Part shown: positions 58,270 through 64,000 of the stretch, one piece after another | Layout: the number at the start of each line of letters is the position of its first letter | How positions within the stretch are numbered: the stretch's first letter is position 1 | Assembly (NCBI GenBank): GCA_043767845.1 | Contig: JAYUFZ010000016.1 | Location: 2,523-66,522 of the forward strand | DNA length: 64,000 bases | Direction of reading: 5' to 3' | From: a bacterium | GTDB taxonomy: Bacteria; Patescibacteriota; Saccharimonadia; UBA4664; JBBRNT01 | Position numbers and translations under genes: made by a program | The notes under the pieces: model-generated | The model's input: the letters and a program-made list of their open reading frames with translations, nothing else | Databases searched by the model: none | What the model was told of the DNA's origin: nothing

Positions 58270-59067
58270 TCAGTTGAAGCGGCCGATGAGGGCAGCCATT
58301 TGGCGGAGACCACCTGGTTGGGCGATGGCGATCTGGCGGCGGTTGCTGTGATACTGGGGGTTGCAGATACTGCAGCCCGGAGTGTGAGCCTCAATGTTTG
58401 AACGTCGTATACCGGCCAGTATCAGCTCTTCAATTACCAGGTCTTGCAAGTCGAAGAAGAATTGCTTTCCACGTTGGCGGAGGTGGCTCCTGAAGTGTGG
58501 CCACTCATCGCTCGGGTAGTGATCAAGGAACTCCAGGGTAACCTCATAACAGCAACTTTTGGCCCCTGGTCCGATGTAGGCCAGCAGCTGACCGCGCTGG
58601 TCAAGCGGGCAGAAGTCGAGGAGTGTGCCTCTCAGGATTCCGCCAGCCACTCCTCGCCAACCGGCATGAATTGCCGCTACTTGGTGTGTAGCCGGGTTGG
58701 CCAGCAGCACCACTGGGCAGTCGGCCGAGCGTACCTCCAGCGCCAGGCGATCGGAGGCACCAACGGTATAGAGGCCATCAAAGGGCTGCTTCGGGCAGGG
58801 CGTGATGTCACCTGGCCCGAGAACTGGCCTGAGCCCAGAGGAGTGCGGTAGCCCTAACGGACTGGCAAGCAGTTTGGGCTCAAAATCGATCTGCGCGGCC
58901 AATTCGGCGAGGTTGGCGTCGCGCTCGGCGGCCCGGACGCTGAAGTTGAATTCGTCGGGGCGATTCGGGTCACGTAGGCTGATGACAGCCTGGACCCAGC
59001 CGGCCGTTTCGGGCCGGCTAAAGATCAGCGGTTTGTAAAACAGCAGCCGTGTAGCAGTATGGGACAT
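58270..59067 (-). CDS. second YfiH/PgeF laccase-domain protein
   Basis: SADCPV, HAGWRG and IGPG..CCYEV motifs. Confidence 0.85.
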   Translation of the reverse strand: MSHTATRLLFYKPLIFSRPETAGWVQAVISLRDPNRPDEFNFSVRAAERDANLAELAAQIDFEPKLLASPLGLPHSSGLRPVLGPGDITPCPKQPFDGLYTVGASDRLALEVRSADCPVVLLANPATHQVAAIHAGWRGVAGGILRGTLLDFCPLDQRGQLLAYIGPGAKSCCYEVTLEFLDHYPSDEWPHFRSHLRQRGKQFFFDLQDLVIEELILAGIRRSNIEAHTPGCSICNPQYHSNRRQIAIAQPGGLRQMAALIGRFN

Positions 59068-59138
59068 GGGCGTCCAATCGTTCGGAGGACAAGGGCTGGC
59101 ACTGAGTATAGCAGTCAAGTGCCGAATTGAGAACCGGA

Positions 59139-59339
59139 CTAAGACTCCGCGCGCTTGATCTGCTCCAGTAGTGTGTCTAGGTCACTTACCAGGCCAGTAA
59201 TCTTACTTAACTCACCCTTGGCTAGCCAAGCATTGCCAGGCGTTGTGGCGTAGTCACGAAGCAGTTTGATGTGCTCGGTAGTATCTGAGCACAGCTCGAT
59301 ACATTCGGCGCGCAGTTTTTCGAGGATGTCGTTTTTCAT
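59139..59339 (-). CDS. small helical hypothetical protein
   Basis: TATACT-N7-ATG start. Confidence 0.55.
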   Translation of the reverse strand: MKNDILEKLRAECIELCSDTTEHIKLLRDYATTPGNAWLAKGELSKITGLVSDLDTLLEQIKRAES

Positions 59340-59429
59340 TACCCTTAGTATACCCAAGTTGTCACGTATCAGATAGGGGAGGCCGGCAACAAAAAAACCG
59401 CCTTTCGGCGGCCTTTTGGCAGCGACTCT

Positions 59430-59801
59430 TTATTTAGCTGATTTCTTCGGGGCTGCTTTTTTAGTAGCGGCCTTTTTAGTAGTTGTGGTCTTGGCCTCAG
59501 TTTTTGCGGCGGCCTTTTTAGCAACCTTAGGGGCAGCAGCAACAGTCTTTGCCACGCTCTTGGCCAAGCGACTCTTTTTGCGGGCAGCAGTGTTTTTGTG
59601 CAGCGTGCCCTTCTTGACGGCGCGGTCGATCTCGGAGAAAGCGGCGCTCAAAGCGAGCTCGGCAGCTTTAGCGTCGCCAGAAGTGGCGGCTGTGAGGGTC
59701 GCTTTGACATCAGTTTTGACAGCAGCCAAAACCTTAAGGTTACGACTGCGTCGAACCTGGGATTGCTTAGCGCGCTTGATAGCTGATTGGATGATTGGCA
59801 T
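59430..59801 (-). CDS. rpsT: 30S ribosomal protein S20 with a K/A-rich tail
   Basis: SAIKR and IDRAVKKGTLHKNTAARKKSRL motifs. Confidence 0.95.
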   Translation of the reverse strand: MPIIQSAIKRAKQSQVRRSRNLKVLAAVKTDVKATLTAATSGDAKAAELALSAAFSEIDRAVKKGTLHKNTAARKKSRLAKSVAKTVAAAPKVAKKAAAKTEAKTTTTKKAATKKAAPKKSAK

Positions 59802-59971
59802 CTTTTGGAGTCTCGCAAAAGTAATTAATACCAATGGAATATACCTTATCTACCCCGTTCTGTAAACCCTTTTATACCACCACCAGCCGTAGCCAAATCA
59901 AGTATTGGCAGATCTGATAATCTGGATTACAGTAGGCCTAAGCTTTGTCCGACGAGTGCAAGGGAGCAACA

Positions 59972-60298
59972 ATGAGTAGAGCGGGTGAGAGCCGCGTGGG
60001 CGATCCAGCCCCTGCCGCCTCCGGTAGGTATAGCAGCGGTATTGAGAGCAGGGCTTGGCAAAGCCGGGCCAACTGTATGGGGGTCGACCCAGAGCTCTTC
60101 TTTCCAGAACGGGGAGCCAGTACTCGCGAGGCCAAGGAGATCTGCCGCGGCTGCGTGGTGCGCCTTGATTGCATGGAGTTTGCCTTGGCCAACAGTGAGA
60201 AGTTTGGGATCTGGGGTGGCCTGAGCGAGCGCGAGCGTCGTAAGATTCGCAGGTCACGTGCCCTCCAGCGCCGAATCAGTGGCGCCACAGCGGCTTAA
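59972..60298 (+). CDS. whiB: WhiB-family FeS transcription factor (WhiB2/WhmD-like)
   Basis: Four Cys, DPELFFPERG and GIWGGLSERERR. Confidence 0.95.
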   Translation: MSRAGESRVGDPAPAASGRYSSGIESRAWQSRANCMGVDPELFFPERGASTREAKEICRGCVVRLDCMEFALANSEKFGIWGGLSERERRKIRRSRALQRRISGATAA

Positions 60299-60419
60299 CG
60301 CCTAACGTTGAGTCGCTTTTTCATGCCGGGAGTTATGAGCACAAGCATTATCAGATCACTTGTCTTGACAAAAGAGCAAAATTGATCTAAATTACTTGAT
60401 TACTTTATAAGTGGTTTGT

Positions 60420-61736
60420 ATGGATATCAACGCTCTCACACCTAAGCAGCAGGCTTCCGAAGCCGTTCGCCAAGCGGAAAACATTCTGATTAGCACCGGG
60501 CAGTTCCCGAGTGTTGATCAGGTTGCGGCTACCTTGGCTTTGGCTCAAATCCTTCGGAAGCTAGGCAAGAAAGTTACAGCTATTGTAAGCGACCAAATTC
60601 CTACTCAAGCTGCTTTTCTGTCGACTGTCGGACTCGATAAAACATTGGGTGGCCAGCGGGATTTTATCCTCAAGATTAGCCAGAAACGCACTCAAGCTGA
60701 TGGCTTAAAATACACCGTCGAAGACGGTTTTCTGAATGTCCACATTACTCCACTGCAGGGTGGTTACGCTCCCAGCGACGTGACCTTTGCCTACGGCGCC
60801 TATCACTATGATGTGGCTATAGTTCTGGGTGTGCCGACGCGCGCGCGGCTTGACCGGGTATTTAGTGAGAACCCCGAGATCATAACCGAAATCCCACTCA
60901 TCAATCTGGATTTTCATCGCTCGAACGAGCTGTATGGCGCTGTCAATCTGATTGATACCAATGCCGCCTCACTCTGTGAAATGCTCGTCGCACTCAGTGA
61001 GTCACTGCAAACCGGACTGATTGACGAAGAAATTGCCACTGCTTTGCTGACGGGCATTATTGCCTCTACAGATAGGTTCACCGCCGCGCATACCACGCCC
61101 AAGGCATTAACCGTCGCTGCCCAGATGATGGCTATAGGCGCAAAACAACAAACCGTGATCAGGGGTCTGTACAAGTCTGGCGAAAGCCGCTCTGATAACA
61201 ATCGTGACAAAGATGGTCGTGGCGGCAGTGGCCCTAGCCGTGGTGGCCGCGACCCGCGACCAGGCCACGACGACCGTAGTGGTGCCTCAAACCCCTATGC
61301 CCCTTCTAGCTACCAGCCAATAGCTACCGAGCCCCCTCCAAGTGAGCCTATTGTTACAGTGGTTGCTCCAAGCATCACCACGGTTTCGGAAGTGTTAGCA
61401 ACCCCAGCTGAAGTTGTCCAGCCCGTAGCCGCTGTCGAAACTGTCGTGAACACACCGTCCGAGGTCAAGCAAGAAACCGTTGTTATACCAGAAGCTCCAA
61501 CTGAGCCAGTAATTGAGCTCAAATCTCCCTTAGCGACTCCCGAGGCTCCAACTGTTCAAAAGACAGTCGCTGCCGCGGTCCCGAACCGGCCGCAACTCGT
61601 TGATGCCGACGAACCGCACCTGTTCTTTAAGGGTCACGGAAGCGTTTTGGCAAACCTGCCGGATGATGATGACGCTTACTATGAAGCCAGCGGCAAAGCC
61701 CTGAACGATCCTTTCGGCTCTCTTGCAGCCGCCTAA
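60420..61736 (+). CDS. DHH-family (NrnA-like, CPR type) protein with a low-complexity tail
   Basis: INLDFHRSN, YGAVNL and IATALLTGII motifs. Confidence 0.75.
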   Translation: MDINALTPKQQASEAVRQAENILISTGQFPSVDQVAATLALAQILRKLGKKVTAIVSDQIPTQAAFLSTVGLDKTLGGQRDFILKISQKRTQADGLKYTVEDGFLNVHITPLQGGYAPSDVTFAYGAYHYDVAIVLGVPTRARLDRVFSENPEIITEIPLINLDFHRSNELYGAVNLIDTNAASLCEMLVALSESLQTGLIDEEIATALLTGIIASTDRFTAAHTTPKALTVAAQMMAIGAKQQTVIRGLYKSGESRSDNNRDKDGRGGSGPSRGGRDPRPGHDDRSGASNPYAPSSYQPIATEPPPSEPIVTVVAPSITTVSEVLATPAEVVQPVAAVETVVNTPSEVKQETVVIPEAPTEPVIELKSPLATPEAPTVQKTVAAAVPNRPQLVDADEPHLFFKGHGSVLANLPDDDDAYYEASGKALNDPFGSLAAA

Positions 61737-61775
61737 ATACTTGCCAGACCTCGCCAGATGAACGATTGTTGAGAC

Positions 61776-62468
61776 ATGGATACTGCCGACCCACAGCTGA
61801 ACGGACTGCTGCTTGTCGACAAGCCGGAAGGCCTGTCGTCTTTTGATATTATCCGCCGCTTGCGTCAGACTACTGGCTTCAAGAAGATTGGTCATGCTGG
61901 GACGCTCGATCCGCTGGCCACTGGCCTGATGCTGATGCTTTTTGGTCCAACGTGCAAAAAGGCCAGCGAGTTTTCTGGATTAGATAAGACCTATGTAGCC
62001 GAGATTACCTTAGGCGCCAATTCGACTACCGGCGATAGGGAAGGGGAGAAGGTGGTGGTCTCCGACGCGCAGCCGACCCGTGAACAGATAGAATCGGTGG
62101 TCAAACAATTCATCGGCCAAATCACCCAGACCCCGTCGCAGTATTCGGCAATCAAGATTAATGGTACAGAAGCGTATAAATTAGCTCGGGCCGGTAAAAC
62201 TGTTGATATGCCCTCGCGACAGGTGGTGGTTCACTCGATTACTATTGATAACTATGACTATCCGATCATTCAGGTGACTGCAAATGTCTCAAGCGGCACT
62301 TATATCCGCAGCCTGGCCGAAGATATTGGAGCGGTACTTGGGGCTGGCGCCTACTTGAGCGCCCTCCGACGGACGACTATTGGAGCTTTCGATCTTGATC
62401 AGGCTCATCAGCTCGATCAGGTTACCCGTCAAACCATAGAAGCAGATCTCCTCGACATTACAGCATAA
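61776..62468 (+). CDS. truB: tRNA pseudouridine-55 synthase
   Basis: GHAGTLDPLATG, YSAIK and SSGTYIRSLA motifs. Confidence 0.97.
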   Translation: MDTADPQLNGLLLVDKPEGLSSFDIIRRLRQTTGFKKIGHAGTLDPLATGLMLMLFGPTCKKASEFSGLDKTYVAEITLGANSTTGDREGEKVVVSDAQPTREQIESVVKQFIGQITQTPSQYSAIKINGTEAYKLARAGKTVDMPSRQVVVHSITIDNYDYPIIQVTANVSSGTYIRSLAEDIGAVLGAGAYLSALRRTTIGAFDLDQAHQLDQVTRQTIEADLLDITA

Positions 62469-62554
62469 GGATTGTAGAAATTTTGTTCCTAATTTGGGCA
62501 ATATTTAGCAACTTTGCATAACAACTGTTCGTATTATGTACGGTATTATTCAGA

Positions 62555-63460
62555 GTGGAAGCTTCCTACATCCATTGGAGAATAATGTCTAACCGCCATC
62601 TGTTGCGCAGCACGCTCGACGCCTCGATCAATATTACCGAGACCGGCGACTATCCCGGCATGATCGAGTCGCGTTACGTGCGGCGCTGCCCAGAAGAAGT
62701 ACTCGTTTATTTGTCATCGCAATCCGGCTGCGCCCAGCGTTGCCGGATGTGTCATTTAACCCAATCTGGCCAAACCAAGCTGGAGGATATTGATTTACCG
62801 GGCCTCATCGCCCAGGCTGGGCAGGTATTCGACCTTTACGACGAGTCGGGCGTGGCCGCCGATATCGTGCACTACAACTTCATGGCTCGCGGTGAGGTTT
62901 TCGCCAACCGGCATATACTAGTGGCTGCCGATCAGCTGATCGGGGAGTTGGCTGATCTGGCGATGGCTCGCGATCTGGTGCCTTCTTTCAAGTTCTCAAC
63001 CATCATGCCCAAGCGGATGTCTGATTTGAAGCTAGTCGACATTTTTCGTTGCTCACAGCCAGACATTTACTACTCAATCTACTCGGTCGATCCGGCTTTT
63101 CGCCGGCGCTGGCTCCCGTTTGCTATGGGGGCGGGGGAGGCTTTGCGCAAACTGGCGGATTGGCAGCAGGTCAGCCATAAGATTCCGGTTCTGCACTGGG
63201 CATTCATTGCCGGCGAGAACGATCGGGAGGCTGATATTGAGGGCATCTGCCGGGCGGTGGCTGCTCACCGACTGCGGGTGGACTTCAATATCGTCCGTTA
63301 CAATCCCTTTGCCGAGGCCTTTGGCGCCGAGCCAGAGGAGGCGGTGGTGCAGCGTAACGCGCGGCTGATCGCCGACCAATTACCAGAGGCCAAGATCCAG
63401 GTCGTGCCGCGGGTCGGTTTCGATGTAGCCGCCTCCTGCGGTATGTTCATAAACCCTTAA
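62555..63460 (+). CDS. divergent RlmN/Cfr-like radical SAM protein
   Basis: SSQSGCAQRCRMC, FMARGE and C-terminal DVAASCG. Confidence 0.8.
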   Translation: MEASYIHWRIMSNRHLLRSTLDASINITETGDYPGMIESRYVRRCPEEVLVYLSSQSGCAQRCRMCHLTQSGQTKLEDIDLPGLIAQAGQVFDLYDESGVAADIVHYNFMARGEVFANRHILVAADQLIGELADLAMARDLVPSFKFSTIMPKRMSDLKLVDIFRCSQPDIYYSIYSVDPAFRRRWLPFAMGAGEALRKLADWQQVSHKIPVLHWAFIAGENDREADIEGICRAVAAHRLRVDFNIVRYNPFAEAFGAEPEEAVVQRNARLIADQLPEAKIQVVPRVGFDVAASCGMFINP

Positions 63461-63672
63461 GCTCGCCAAACCCTTACCGGGCTGTTGTAACAACAGCCCG
63501 ATTTTTGTTTGAAAAGGTCAGAACTTTTCTGCTTTGAAATGGCTAATACGCAGAATCACATATCCATATGAAGTTATTGCGATATCCGGAGCAATATGGT
63601 ATGGTAATACATTCAGTTTTTGGATCCGAATGCTGGCTGGGTAGCCGGCCGAACCTGTAGAAAGAGGCGTAT

Positions 63673-63879
63673 ATGCCCACCATAGAGGCCGACAGGCGTT
63701 GGCTTGTTCAGGAATGCCCAAGGCACGGTCTGTCATCTCTGCTGGGCAGAGATCCGTTGAGCCGTAAGGGCACACGCTGCCCGATCAGAAATGACGCTGG
63801 CTATGTCTGTCATGAGCGACTCAGTTATCCGTTCACGCTGATGCTGGCGCCGCTGGGCGCTACTCCGAAAGAGGCCTGA
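63673..63879 (+). CDS. small Cys-containing hypothetical protein
   Basis: GAGG RBS; TGATG coupling to the next ORF. Confidence 0.5.
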   Translation: MPTIEADRRWLVQECPRHGLSSLLGRDPLSRKGTRCPIRNDAGYVCHERLSYPFTLMLAPLGATPKEA

Positions 63880-64000
63880 TGCCCACGCTTGGCACTCATC
63901 TCCGCGATGCCCTCGCCCTGCGTAAGGGCCGAATCTTCTCGATCTACATCGAGGCAGAAGACGCGGTCGAGGGGTATCGGGCGCGCACCTACAACCTCCT
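63879..64000 (+). CDS. partial hypothetical protein that runs off the window
   Basis: ATG overlaps the previous stop; frame open to the window end. Confidence 0.45.
   Translation, partial: MPTLGTHLRDALALRKGRIFSIYIEAEDAVEGYRARTYNL

Overview
Chromosomal segment (~55% GC, standard code) that looks like a Patescibacteria/CPR genome, most likely Saccharibacteria. This is inferred from the gene set, the CPR-type TrmB and DHH proteins and several actinobacterial-type genes. Housekeeping genes (cmk, pheA, PMM, greA, groES/EL with CIRCE, PGI/PMI, tRNA-Ser, mutY, dnaG-rpoD, polA, mutM, holA, rpsT, truB) alternate with stand-alone ORFan transcription units. No CRISPR, integrase or transposase was seen. 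Most notable items: (1) two large unassigned structured RNAs, each with its own sigma70 promoter, terminator and end-to-end closing helix (~10343-11098, ~50015-50523), plus a third long-stem leader (40402-40622); (2) a six-gene membrane protein/lipoprotein-flotillin-NfeD-MoxR-vWA locus whose three units share a leader motif and a 3' hairpin; (3) a ~75-bp dispersed hairpin-plus-promoter repeat in five near-identical copies; (4) an actinobacterial WhiB beside an RpoD that lacks the WhiB-docking His-Pro motif; (5) a split between leaderless core genes and SD-led accessory genes. All structures and family calls were made by eye and have not been checked computationally.
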